From Octopus vulgaris (taxonomy: Eukaryota), in contig OX597823.1 of the NCBI GenBank assembly GCA_951406725.2, positions 44,702,001 through 44,766,000 on the forward strand: a DNA stretch of 64,000 nucleotides. Reading direction: 5' to 3'. The notes beneath the pieces were generated by a model that searched no databases, was not told where the DNA came from, and saw only the letters and a program-made list of their open reading frames with translations. The number at the start of each line of letters is the position of its first letter. The first letter of the stretch is position 1. Shown here one piece after another: positions 27,724 to 41,063 of the stretch. The position numbers and the translations under genes were made by a program.

Positions 27724-27825
27724 TTATGTGTATGTATGTATTAGTTATTTGTGTCTGTGTTTGTCCCCCCGCCGCCATCACTTGACAACTGATGTTGGTG
27801 TGTTTACATCCCTGTTACTTAGTAG
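27535..27825 (+). mobile_element. SINE family A (3' truncated)
   Basis: Colinear with other family A copies. Confidence 0.85.
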
Positions 27826-28298
27826 TTTCTCATTTATGTATGTATGTATGTATGTATGTATGCATGCATGTATGTATGTATGTATGTATGTATGTATGTA
27901 TATGATCTTTTCTTTCAAGATCGGCAACATGCTTCAACTTTAGTCTAGAGATATAATAGAAAACACTTACCTAGTCTACTGCAAGGTAGAACAGAACCCA
28001 AAATTCTTTGGCAGGGAAGGAAACATTTCATTTTAACCACACATCCATGTCTATATATGTGTGTGTGTGTGTGTGTGTATGTATGTAAAAGTATGCATAC
28101 GCACACATATAGACATACAAAGATGCACAGAGACAGGCATGCTCGTACACTAACATTTTGTCATATTGAAAATCTAATTTGTTTGTTTGCCATAGGCTAT
28201 TTTGAGTTACCTTAGTGACAAATATACTGATCATTTTTTTTTTTCAATTATAGTCTAATCTCACCTTTTTCTTTTCTTTTTTCTTCTTTTCTTTTTAG

Positions 28299-28460
28299 CC
28301 TGCATGTAACACAACAGATGTTGAGCATGTTTGCAGGAAGAATACTAATTCAAAGTCGGCGCACTTCTTATGTCGATGTCCATATAAACAAGCTTGTGAT
28401 AAACAGCACCCAAGTATATCCAATTCAGTCCAATGTCAACAGGTGTCACATTCTGTGTAA
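28299..28460 (+). CDS. Last coding exon of the cysteine-rich protein (not in the ORF track in this frame)
   Basis: Long polypyrimidine tract and TAG acceptor. Phase 0 reads PACNTTDVEHVCRKNTNSKSAHFLCRCPYKQACDKQHPSISNSVQCQQVSHSV, stop TAA at 28458-28460. Confidence 0.88.
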   Translation, partial: PACNTTDVEHVCRKNTNSKSAHFLCRCPYKQACDKQHPSISNSVQCQQVSHSV

Positions 28461-28589
28461 AGAGAGTAAAAGAAATTTTAAAACCAAAAACTTTGAACTT
28501 GAGTTGCATGTCTATCATTGGTGGCGGAAAGGAAAAAAAAAAACAACAAAATTTTTTTATTTATTGACTCTATATAATAATTTTTAAAG

Positions 28590-28671
<82 letters not shown>

Positions 28672-28673
<2 letters not shown>

Positions 28674-28888
28674 GGTGGCAAGCTGGCAGAATCTTTAGAG
28701 CTTTGGACAAAATGTTTAGCAATGTTTATTTTGGCTGTTTATGTTCTGAGTTCAAATTTGATCAAGGTCAACTTTGCCATTCATCCTTTCAAGGTTGTTA
28801 AAATAAAGTACCAGTCAAGTTCTGGGGTCAATGTAATTGACTATTCCTCTCCCACTAAAACTTCTGGCCTTGTGCAAAAATTTGAAAC

Positions 28889-28945
<57 letters not shown>

Positions 28946-29135
28946 GGAGTGGCAGAATCCGTAGATTGGTGGAGGACAAAATACAGCGAGGTATTTAGTT
29001 ATGTCCCTTTTATGTTCCAATTCTGCCATGGTTTTCTTTGCTTTAAATCCTTGCAGGGTTAATCTAGTCTTGGAGTCAATTCAATTAATTATATTCTCCC
29101 TCAAAGCAATTGGCCTTGTGCCTTCAATAGAAATC
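28672..29135 (+). mobile_element. SINE family B copies between (ATT)n tracts
   Basis: GGTGGCAAGCTGGCAGAATC head and core, plus a more decayed second copy. Confidence 0.78.
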
Positions 29136-29271
29136 GTCATCATCATCATTGATTATTGTTATTAATATTATTACTATTATTATTATCATCATCATCATCA
29201 TCATCATCATTATCATCATCATCATCATCATCATCATTATCATCATCATTATTATCATTATTATTATTATG

Positions 29272-29339
<68 letters not shown>

Positions 29340-30219
29340 GTCAAGACAAAGAGTGCAATTCGATTGTAATAGATATTTTATTGGTTGAACGATATTTCAA
29401 CAGTAAGTCTGTCTTTGTCAAGTTCAAAATAAGAAGAGAAAAAAAAATCAAAATTATAGAAAATAATATTATTATTATTTATTTGGAGGTGGATTTGATG
29501 TAAACCTCTGCTATAGGTGTTTTTGAGGTTTGTTGACTGGTACATAAACCCTTCAGAATTTGCAAAAGGAAATCTTTATGGGTGGCGCAGCTGGTAGAGA
29601 ACTGGAAATATTTAACACCTTGCAGTTATGATCAGTTATGTTCTGATTTCAAATTGTAGGAGTGGGGATCAGCTTTAGCTTTTATCTTTCAAAGGTTGAT
29701 AAAGTACCAGTAAGTACTGGGGGAGGTTGATAAATCAACGAACGCCTCACTAGTGAATTTCAAGCCTTGTACCTAATGTAGAAACAATCGCAAGAACAAA
29801 ATTGGTAGAGCATCAGTCAGAATGCCTGATGTTATTTGTTCTGGATTATTACATTCTCATTTCAAATCCTGCCTAGCATCCCTTTGGGTGTGGGTGGGGG
29901 GGTCAATAAAACAAAGCACCAGCACTGGGGTATGATTTAATCAGCTAACTCACCTCCCCACTACCCACTCCACATTCGTCGGCCTTCTACCTAAATCTGA
30001 AATATTACTTGTTTTTGCGTTTTATTTATTTATTTATTTTTTTTTTTAATTATTATTACTATTTTTGATTATGAAAATTCAGACAGACGATGACTGATGA
30101 AAAGGAGGAAACAAACTGACTCCACTTTTGTTATCACTTCCATATTATATGCTTGAATTAAATATCCTTCTCAGTCCTAGCATTTTTATTAACATCATTA
30201 TCATCACCATCACTACTAT

Positions 30220-30270
<51 letters not shown>

Positions 30271-30724
30271 TATTAAAAAAAGAGACATTATTATAGTTCT
30301 TATTACAGAGTGACTGTAAATTTTCAGCATCTGATTTTGATCCCCAGTTGGTGCCGTATCTCTTACAACACTAATATCATTGGGAAAAGTATGAACGCCA
30401 CAATGTCCCATTTCCATTCCCTAAAAATATATGGCTTCATGCCTATGTAATAAATTCTCATAATAATAACGATTATGGTTGTTGTTGTTGTTGTTGTTTT
30501 TGCTGCTGTTGTTGTTGTTCAAGTCGTTATTTGATATATGTTTAAAAAATATATATATATTGCCCAGCTCAATCCTGTAGCCAAATATTTCTAATTACAT
30601 CTTTAGTTCCAAACAGTTCAGATACCAGTTGCCCCACAGATAGTGCCTTACCTTATTACAACACAAGGCAAAACTTAACATTATCAGTCATGAAATCAAT
30701 CACACACACACACACACACACATC

Positions 30725-30855
30725 ATTCTTTAAGAAGAATAGTATTGGTAGTGACTTCGAAATTTCTGCTAGCTAAGTCATCATCAAACTGTCCAATGAT
30801 GGCTTAGCTGGGCAAAATTTCGAAGTCACTGTCAATAATATTCTTGTTTAAGAAT
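30725..30855. other. ~130-nt imperfect hairpin
   Basis: Arms ...AGTGACTTCGAAATTTCTGCTAGCTAAGTCATCAT / ATGATGGCTTAGCTGGGCAAAATTTCGAAGTCACT... around a ~11-nt loop. Confidence 0.9.
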
Positions 30856-30946
30856 AATAAAATTTTACCATACAAAAGTATAGAGTAACCCTTCAGGTTA
30901 ATGTAAGATTGTTTTTACTATAAGTGAACATAAAAGCAAACATTAA

Positions 30947-30999
<53 letters not shown>

Positions 31000-31106
31000 A
31001 AGAGCTTGTGTATACACGTATATAAGTATTTTTAAATCATTAGCGAAGCTCGATTCTCCACCGTCACAAACGTTAGAACAAGTACCACCTATTCTGATCA
31101 GTGAAA

Positions 31107-31496
31107 TCTATATATATAAAGCTAAAGTTGTCTCTGTGTGGCAGGTTTGGTAGCCTTCAACTAACACTATCTCCTCCGAGATCCTGCGGCGCAAGTTGAT
31201 CAAAATTGAGAGTATGATAGAAGAAGGCTTGCTCTTCGTTCCGTAGAAGATAAAATCCAAATCAGACCACGTTAAGACCAAAAAGTATTTACATCAAAAA
31301 GGTGCTTTTTTTCTATGAAAATCCCTATTTTTTACGATTTTTTTACTGCTGTGTCGCCATTTTTCGGTGTATTTCAACCAGAAAAAAGTTCACTTAAAGA
31401 GAATAACAAGCTACATAATGCAAAACTTTTACTTTTCAAACATTCCAATTCTAAAGGGTCGAAACAAACACGAGCAACGCCGGGCGATGCTGCTAG
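31107..31496 (+). mobile_element. Non-autonomous Helitron
   Basis: 5' A|TCTATATATATAAA. 3' GC-rich CGAGCAACGCCGGG followed by CTAG|T. No TSD. It splits the RTE reading frame. Confidence 0.8.
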
Positions 31497-32277
31497 TTGA
31501 AAATAAAAATTTAAAATATATAAAAAACACGATGTGCTTAAACTGATGAAAGCAGATAAAGCTCTAGGAAAAGATGTAACAACAGTGATATTAAGTAGTG
31601 GAGAAGAAGAGCTGTGGAAAATCCCCTTCTTACGCTTCAATCGTTATCTGAAGATGGGTGAAATATCCTTACTGTGGAAGGTATTAAATACCATCTTCAT
31701 TCATAAGAAGTGTGATAAAGAAGATCTAAGAACTATGCCTCTTGTCTCACCTCTACAGGCTGTTTTCAAGAGTTATAGTAACTAGACTATCAAAATATCT
31801 CAATGATCAGTAGGTTTCCTTTAGAATTACTGTTCTATGGATCACATATTCACTCTAACGAAGCTTATAGAACGAATGAAAGAATACAAGCTGCCTCTGC
31901 GCATCTCTTTCGACTACGAAAAAGCTTTCGATTGCATCGAGATGAACGCTGTGCTGAAATCTCTGGAAATGCAAGGATCCGAGGCGTAATACATGAAACT
32001 GCTCTGGGATGCGAACTTCTAAAGCACTACTGATATAGCTCGACTATCGTCATCGGTAAAAGTTCCAATTGAGAAGGGCATCAAGCAAGACACATCTATG
32101 TATACTAGAAATAGTCATCAGAGACATTGACTGGACAGGTGGCTTGAATATTAACGGTGAGCTACTAACACACTTCCAATTTGTAGTTGAAATCGTATTC
32201 ATTGCCGAAATCATAGGTCAGCTCCAGACCATGCTGACCAAGCTGGACACTCATAGCTCAGCAGCAGCAGGCCTTAA

Positions 32278-32495
32278 TCCTTTTAGTATTTAAACAAGTC
32301 ATATAAAGTCCAAACACTCTACCTGATTTATGTTCAAACTGACCAGATTTGGCCTCTCGCATCAACCCTATAATATCATTCTAAAAATTAACAGTTACCG
32401 TATCAAAATCTCAAAGCTACGAGACAATGCAAGATTGATTCAAAACATTAATAAATAAGCATCATTTTTGACAGGATAATGTGATCGCTAAAGGG
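32278..32495. mobile_element. piggyBac-type MITE
   Basis: TTAA on both sides (32274-32277, 32496-32499), ends TCCTTT...AAAGGG. Removing it restores the RTE GLKMN motif. A related copy lies at ~63325-63545. Confidence 0.75.
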
Positions 32496-33147
32496 TTAAA
32501 ATGAACCGCATGAAAATAAAATACATGTGGTCTGAAGACATAGCACAAAGCCGTATAGAGATAGGAAGCGATGAACTCGAGGCGGTAAATGAGTACATTC
32601 ACTTGGGACACATAGTTAATATGCGCCAAGACATGGACGCTGAAATCTCGTGAAGAATAAGGGCAGAATAGAAGGAATTTATCTCGATAAAATATGTGCT
32701 CAAAGCAAAGGTGAACAAGACTATATGCTAGTCACTTCAATGTTACATTCCTGCTTGTGCTTTTCTTATACGTAAGTGAGACGAAGAGGGAAGAACATCG
32801 GCAAAGGGCAATGGAAAGATCCATGCTAGGAATATCATTGCAAAACATCTCCGAAATGAGTTAATTCGAGAACGGAGCGGAGAGAATGACGTGATGCAGG
32901 CTACTGAAAGTAGAAGTTCCACAGGGCCGGACGTGTTGCAAAGTTCACAGACAATAGATAAATTCGTGCACTGATATCCAAGAGATGGGAAAAGGCTATA
33001 GGGAAGACGTCTACGACGATTTAGGCCAAGGTGGAAAAGAAGGGCGCTGTCAAGAGAAAGACTGGAAGCGCATTTGAGACCAGTCTGGTCGATACAGGTG
33101 ATAGTGTGTATGTATGTGTGTGTGAGTGTGTGTATATATATATATAT

Positions 33148-33182
<35 letters not shown>

Positions 33183-33186
33183 AATA

Positions 33187-33220
<34 letters not shown>

Positions 33221-34784
33221 CATACATACATGCTCTTCTTGGTCTGCCGCTACATGTATGCACATGCGTGGGTTTCCAGGGAGATCGCTGAACTTATGGA
33301 AGAAAATGGATATCAAGTTGAGGAAACGAAAACTGCTATGGAAGAACGGGACATCTGGCATGGAAGAATCGCAATGGTCGACCAAGCAAAAAGATAAGCA
33401 TGTATATATATATATATATATATATATATGATTTTGGATAATCGGTTGATACAGCGGTAGATGCAATGCGTGTTCAGGTGGAATATCTGTTCCAACATCA
33501 ACGTTAAGTGCATGTGTGTGATCTCCGCCTAAATAAAGATTGGCCTTAGGCAAGAAATCGGTCGAGCTGGTTTAAATATAAGGAACAAAAGCATAAAAAA
33601 GCAGTTGACACGTACAAAGCAGTTTATAGCATTTATTCTTATATAATATACTGAATGCAATATGCAGCCTCGAATGTGTTTATGACTAAGAATTAGTTGG
33701 CTATCTATTTGTATGGCGAGATGTGAGGATATCGTGTTCATGGTATACGTGCTGGAAAAATGCAGTGATGATGAAGAGATCCTTTTAAATTCAGGATGAG
33801 AAAGGACAAAGAAGCCAGGGATTGCTGCTTCAGAAAATATTTAGCCGTTGTTTTAATATTGTGTAAAAGGAAACAAATACATAAAAAGAAAATTTACACA
33901 TAAACTTGATTGGTTCGCGTTTTAGCTACCGCCGAGTAGTGTGTTTAATTTATTCACTGAACACTGCCGCGAATTACCCTTTGTTTTCAAAAATCCACGC
34001 TAAATCACAAGGAAGGGAGGCGGGGCGGATGTGCCCTATTTTTTAAATACTGGCAGCTTGAAGCAGGATAATAATCTAATTCTACACTTTATCACATTCA
34101 AGAATATAAATACGTTTTTAAGCAAAACACACGCGGAGTCAAAAAGAAACACTACCTTTCACCGGGTACTGTCGTTCACGCAGTGCGCTCTCTCGCTAGT
34201 GTGAAGCTTCCTATCTCGGACATGTGAGCATGCGCACAGCAGCCAAACACCACATCGCTGGAAATGTGATGCGCACAGTTCTATACAAGGAGTTTTGTAT
34301 TTATTTCATAAACTAGGGGATGGCTACTGACATTAAGCTTAAGCTGACATTAAGGATGATATAATCTATAAGCATAAAGAAATAATTAAAGAAAAAAGGG
34401 CTCATTATACTGAATATTATCGATAGTATCGAGTGGAAATAGGGGGTGCTGCAATTCTGTAGTGCCTATATACGAGCCGCCACTGAAAGAAGCATGTGTT
34501 CTCTAACCTCTGCGGCACGCAAGCGTGGGCTCCGCACGTCGGTTCCTTCGCTACCTCTGGCTATGCTTACCAATCTTGTTGCTTACATAACCCCTTTTTG
34601 CACGGAAACTATCTGGAACATAATACAATATTCTATGGCATGAGGTGATATTTCTGCAGGCTGATTGGCTGGTATTCCGGGCACATCTTCTGGTCTAAGT
34701 ATGGTTTGGTTCTAGTTACTAAGGCTGTAAGGTTTCGATTCTAGGCTTCGCTACAAGGGTATAGTTTATAAGATTATTATGAGT

Positions 34785-34839
<55 letters not shown>

Positions 34840-34863
34840 TATATATATGCATATATATATATA

Positions 34864-35272
<409 letters not shown>

Positions 35273-35327
35273 AGAGAGAGGGGAAGAGAGACATAGATAG
35301 CTAGCTAGATAAATAGATCGATAGATC

Positions 35328-35432
<105 letters not shown>

Positions 35433-35439
35433 GCCAAGG

Positions 35440-35930
35440 TAAAAATGAGTTAGAAAATTTTCAGGGAATTACTACTGCTGTAGGTAACAAACGCCGTTTC
35501 CTTAAGAGTGAAACACAGATTGTATGAGGCTTGTATTAGAACTGTGATTAGAACCCTGAATGCAGAAGATTTGCGAAGACTAGAAAAATAAACTAACACG
35601 GTGGGTGCGTAATGTAAACGTGCATGAACTCTGGAATAAAAATGAGGTAAGAGAAAAACTGGGTATAAGAGGAATTAAGCGTTGCGTTGTGTGCAAGGGA
35701 GGATGCTGAGCAGGTAAAGGCATGCGACGCATACGGATGATACATGCAAAAGTGTGGAAGAGGATGATACATGCAAAAGCTGTGGAAGAGGGAAATGAGA
35801 AGGAAGATTTGGGGCGATGCGAGTAAGGCTGAAATGAAGATGCTATATCTTACAGAGATGACACAGAGCTGCACAGACTGGCGATACGCGGTAGTACAGA
35901 AGACCCATGCATCCTAATATAAGAGTATTC
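35440..35930 (+). mobile_element. RTE-like LINE 3' remnant
   Basis: Degenerate FRELLLL...LYEACIRTV...VREKLGIRGI-type peptides. Confidence 0.6.
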
Positions 35931-36466
35931 ATTAAGGGGCTGTAATATATAAACGAGGTCTAATTTCTCTTCTATTCTCTCCTTCAGCGATGGCGGTTAC
36001 TTTTAGGCTCTTAGCCTTGCAAATTTCAAGCTTTATCAAATCTTGTGGTAAGAAAAAAAAGCCCCCTATAAAGTGGTTAGTGTTAGGAAGGGATCCACTC
36101 GTAGAAATCCTGCCAAAGAAGACATTGAAGCATCCTAGTAACTGTCCAACTGATGGCAGGACGGAAGCTAGATGTTCCATTATGATAAGGATAATATCAA
36201 GGCCAGTTTTAAGCAATCAGATTTGTTCAAATTGGGTTCCGCGACACGAGAGCCCACTTCCCACCCGTCGCACAGGATCCAGTGGAGGATGCTATGATGA
36301 TTTTTTTGTATATCATTGTGGCAAATGGTGGTGTCTCAAGTCCTCAACGCTTTTAGGCTGGGACTAGCGTACTAAACGAAGCATAGAATATCAATATTCA
36401 GCTATTATAATTCTCTAATTGGCCCCTGCGCTTCCTAACGCCGGCTCTGATATGTGTGTGTGTGTA

Positions 36467-36543
<77 letters not shown>

Positions 36544-37014
36544 GTATATATATGTGTATATGTATGTATATATATATGTATGTGTGTGTATGTATATGTA
36601 TGTATGTGTGTCTGTATCTATGTACACATACACAGAGACACACACACATGCACACACACACACACGCATACACATACATACAAGCTAGAGTGATAGTAGG
36701 AATATTCATGAATTAACAAACAATGAAGTATTGCAACGCAAGCCAAAGGTGTTTAGCTTTGTGAAAGAGTAAGTCATGAAATACTACATCAGTTGAATAT
36801 AAATTAAGATGCTTAAGTCGAACTTTAGCAACAACAACAACTGATGTGGACACTGCATTGCGGGAAAATGTTTGAGAGTAAAGAAAACTTACTCAAATGT
36901 GGGTTATACTTGAAGGCAAGTTCTGAGACAGTCGTAAGACCACTACAAGAACATTTTTTCAGTTGTCGGTCACTTGGATGTCATTCTTCCCTTTAATTCC
37001 ATCTCTTCCCCCCA

Positions 37015-37057
<43 letters not shown>

Positions 37058-37109
37058 ACCTGGCTGTCTGTGTGTGTGTGTGTGTGTGTGCATGTGTCTG
37101 TCTGTCTGT

Positions 37110-37143
37110 CTCTTTCTTTCTTCCTTTCGTTCTTTCTTCCTTC

Positions 37144-37242
<99 letters not shown>

Positions 37243-37245
37243 GCT
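37110..37245. repeat. (CTTT)n microsatellite
   Basis: Direct observation. Confidence 0.97.
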
Positions 37246-37849
37246 TCTTCTCACCGGGTTACCGTTGCCAAGGTTGATGTAATTCATGTTACGATGATTC
37301 TTGTTTACTCTCGTCAAAATTCTTGTGTTTTCGCCGAAATATCATTTTGTAGATGTATAATTTTCCCCCACAATATTTAGTCCATTTTTCACGTTCAGAG
37401 TTCAAATTCTGCCGAAGTCGACTTTGCCTTTCATTCTATCAGGGTCGATAAAATAAGTGCCAGTTGAACATTGGGTTCAATGTAATCGACTTCCCTCTGC
37501 CAAGAAACCGCTAGTCTTGTACCAAAATTTGAAATCAATATTTAGTCCATTTAAAAATAATGAACCAAATATTATATTAAAAACTTCAATTTCCTTGTAC
37601 TTCTATATAATTCTCTAATATTTCTAAAGTATTTAAATTCACGCTTTTGGTGGGAGATAATGAGAAAAGAGATATAACAGAAATATAGCTGCAAACAATT
37701 TCACAGATGAGATATCAACGTTATTTTGCTCATTTACCGAAAGATTCGAATGACCATAAGATATTCGATAACGAGGGTTGGCCGAACGCCTTTTTAAGAG
37801 AGTAAGCGGGCTATCTGAGCAACGATGAACAAACATTTTTTTTTCCTGC

Positions 37850-38290
37850 CTTTAACCCTCCAACGCGGTGTATAGACCACTTATAGCTGAATTCCATGTC
37901 GCATAATTTTTCGCTTCTGTACACTCTGTCATGAATGTCCCCCTTTCTCTAGTTCCTTTTGTGTTGGTCTACGCCACGAGTTCTTAGACCTACCTCTCTT
38001 TCTATATCCATCCGGATTCCACTGTAAAGCACTTTTCGCTACATTTGGTGTGTCTTTTCTAATTGTGCTCCCAATCCACTTCCACTTTTTCTTAAATATT
38101 TGCTCCCTAATCGAAACTTGATTTGTTCTTTGCCATAGCCCCATATTGCTTATGTGTTCGGGCCATCTAATTTTAAGTATACTACGCAAGCATCTGTTGA
38201 TGAATGATTGTATTTGCTTATTTGACTTAACTGTTGTTCGCCATGTCTCAGCCCCATACAATAACACCGCTTTTACATTAGTGTTAAAAA
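37850..38290 (-). mobile_element. RTE-clade LINE 3' fragment
   Basis: LLYGAETW...FINRCLRSILKIRWP..ISN..LW...KWKWIG...ALQWNP.G.RKRGR is the typical RTE C-terminus. Confidence 0.9.
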
Positions 38291-38439
38291 TTATCCTATT
38301 TATCTTTTTTTTTTTTTTTTTTTTGCTCTTTTTGGTCAGTAAGTATTATTTCCTATTGGCTTCTATCTAGAAATCAAAGTAAATGACTACTTACTCCCTT
38401 CAAATTTTGTTTTGTGATCTGGACATCAATGTTTTGTAA

Positions 38440-38675
38440 CTGACCTATTTTCCATTACATTTCAGACAGATTCAGTACTGAGCTGCTGAAGCAGAAATAT
38501 CGTTATAGCAAATATTCTGCTCAGTACCACAGACTTACTTGTCAACTGCTTGACCGTAACCACTTGAGCATGTCCCTTTGTGGCTAACAATATGTGCATC
38601 ACTGATCATCAGCAGGTGTGGTGGGGGAGCAACATAGCTATGTGTTGAGAGGAATTCTTTTGGGTTTGAATAAAT
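38440..38675 (-). mobile_element. Dispersed repeat, also present at 49765-50085 in the opposite orientation
   Basis: Shared GAGAGGAATTC...GGTTTGAATAA and TTGTCA..TG.TTGACC.TAACCA.TTGAGCA segments. Confidence 0.7.
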
Positions 38676-39039
38676 GTAACAAAAGCAAAGTTTGACAGAA
38701 ATATTAGCCATTTTTCATAGTTTCTAGGTGTAAGCAAACAGGAAATAACATTTGCTACCCAAGGACAAAAATCGTATTACACAATGTTATCTACAACCGA
38801 AATATCAAACTGAGGCTTTTTGTGAGTTTCTCAATATACTATGATCCACATAAATCACGAGAAGAGTATTTCCGTTGTAACATCTTAACAATGAATTTTG
38901 CATCAAAAAAATTATAAAACATTATTTTAAGAGCTAAGTTTTGAGATAATTTTTTAGGGCAGTTAGCGTATTGGTGTATGTATGTAGCAGGTTGAGTCAA
39001 TAGTTTTTTTCATTTTTGATTTCTACTCTTTTTTTTTTT

Positions 39040-39270
39040 TACTCTTTTACTTGTTTCAGTCATTTGACTGTGGCTATGCTGGAGCACCGCCTTTAGTCGA
39101 GCAAATCGACCCCAGGACTTATTCTTTGTAAACCTAGAACTTATTCTATCGGACTCTTTTGCCGAACCGCTATGTTACGGGGACGTAAACACACCAGCAT
39201 CGGTTGTCAAGCGATGTTGGGGGGACAAACACAAACACACAAACACACACACACACACACACACACAAAA

Positions 39271-39348
<78 letters not shown>

Positions 39349-39965
39349 GATATGTAAAAAAATACAAACTGTGACAAGAACGCATAACACTTAGAAGACG
39401 ATACAACAAACACAGACAGGACATTCGAAGCCCTCAGTCTTCAGTCAAGAACCGGATCATCGTAGTAATTTCGGCTGATTAATCTTGAGATTACTAGATC
39501 CAGCCAGCCCTCCAGGAGAAACTAAGCAACGAGCATTAGAAAAACTAAGCTAGGAGCGTAGATTTCCTGGAAGAAGGATCGAATGCATACGAACACAGGG
39601 ACAGCAAAACGGACGGTGCCACACGAATATAAAAAACAAAAAACAAAATGAAATACAAAAACAAGAAATACAAAAGCAATAATGGTAAAAACAACAGGTG
39701 TCTTACGACTAATAACAGTGCAAACAAGTTTGGCTGGCGTATTTTGGAAAAATTGCCTTAACGGCGAACAAGGACAACGATGTTGTCACGGCGCTGGTCA
39801 GACGACGGGCTTCTTTCAGTTTCCGGCTACCAAATCCACTCACAAGGCTTTTGATAGGCCCGAGGCTATAGTAGAAGACACTTGCCCAAGGTACCACGCA
39901 GTGGGACTGAACCCGGAACCATGTGGTTCGTAAGCAAGCTACATACCACACAGCTACTCCTACGC
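39040..39965 (-). mobile_element. SINE family A interrupted by a ~450-bp insertion (~39350-39800)
   Basis: Tail part at 39040-39250 and head part at 39800-39965. The insert sits in the internal microsatellite. Confidence 0.8.
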
Positions 39966-41060
39966 CTACTGATGATGAGTAGTGAAAAAATTGCAATTAG
40001 AGCCGCTTTACGCTACCCGTGGAAAAAAGGAACTGAGTGCCAGGGCAGTGGCAAAAGAAAATAATGATAGGGAAGGCCCAGGAACTGACAACAAGCGTAT
40101 GTCACAAAACTGGTTCAGACGTTTCAAGAAAGCTAACACTAGCCTCGAAGACAAACCAAGGTCAGGGAGACCTTCTGTTGTGGAGGGTAAGACCTTGCTT
40201 GAAGTGGTTGAACAACCAAGCACAAGCTTGGTCGGCATAACTTGGATTTCACAAAGCACCATCAATCGACGCTGCCATAAGCTCAGGCCTGTGGACAGAC
40301 ACTGTTAAAAAGCTCCTCATGAACTAACAAATGACCAGGCTCAACGACGTTTTAAAATTTGCAAACAACTGCTGGTAAATCCACGAGATTCTTGTTTTTG
40401 GTGTCGAATTGTGACTGGGAATAAAAAATGGATCTATTTTCGTAATCTTCATAAGAGAAATCAATGGCTTCGTTCTGGTTAGGTTTCAGAACCTGTTATC
40501 AAACAAGGGTGGTTTGGACAGAGGTCATGTTATGTATTTGGTGGAATTTCGAGGGGGTGTTGCACTTGGAGCTTGTCCTAGACGGTCATGCTGTGAACGT
40601 TAACCTTTATACTCAACAACTACAGTTAGCATACAATGCGTTGGAAGACTGCTTCTCAGCATTCGTCAATCGAAGACGCTCGCCCCCCCCCCCCCCCGCA
40701 GCATGACAATGGCTCAGCACACAATGCCAGTGTGACCAGGCTCAAAATTCAGGAACTTGAGGGTCTTGAAGTGCTGCCTCACCCTGCCTACAGTCCAAAC
40801 CTTAAACTATCATATATCATCTTTTTCCTGGTCATGGCTCATTTCCTGAATGGACGGAGGTTCAACAATGTGGACGAGGTTGAAAACGAGTGCAGGGAGT
40901 TTTTTTTCTTTTTACCTCTAAACGCTACCAAATGGTAAAAGCGTGGAACTGATGTGCTAGCACAACGATGGCAACAGACAATAGAATATGATATGATATA
41001 CTTTGATGGATAAACGTTTTTCTTATGAAATTTCTTTCAAATATTAATTAAAGCTGGAAA
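39966..41060 (+). mobile_element. mariner transposon fossil
   Basis: NWFRRFK...SLEDKPRSGRP, IVTGNKKWI, VMLCIWWNFEGV, QHDNGSAH and HPAYSPNL, with stops and frameshifts. Confidence 0.92.
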
Positions 41061-41063
41061 TAA

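Larger units (their letters stand above)
31050..33100 (+). mobile_element. Decayed RTE-clade LINE with nested insertions
   Basis: Fragmentary RT motifs across frameshifts: VPPILISE, KALGKD, IFIHKK..KEDL, FDYEKAFD, GLNINGELLTHFQF, GL|KMNRMK. Confidence 0.85.

Noticed and set aside
28318-28587. 89-aa ORF from the track
   Set aside because: Wrong frame. The cysteine-patterned exon starts at the 28299 acceptor in another frame.
34446-34643. TATA box plus small ORF (MCSLTSAARK...)
   Set aside because: No recognisable domain. The TATA-like motif lies in ...GAGCCGCCACTG, which looks like a DNA-transposon terminus.
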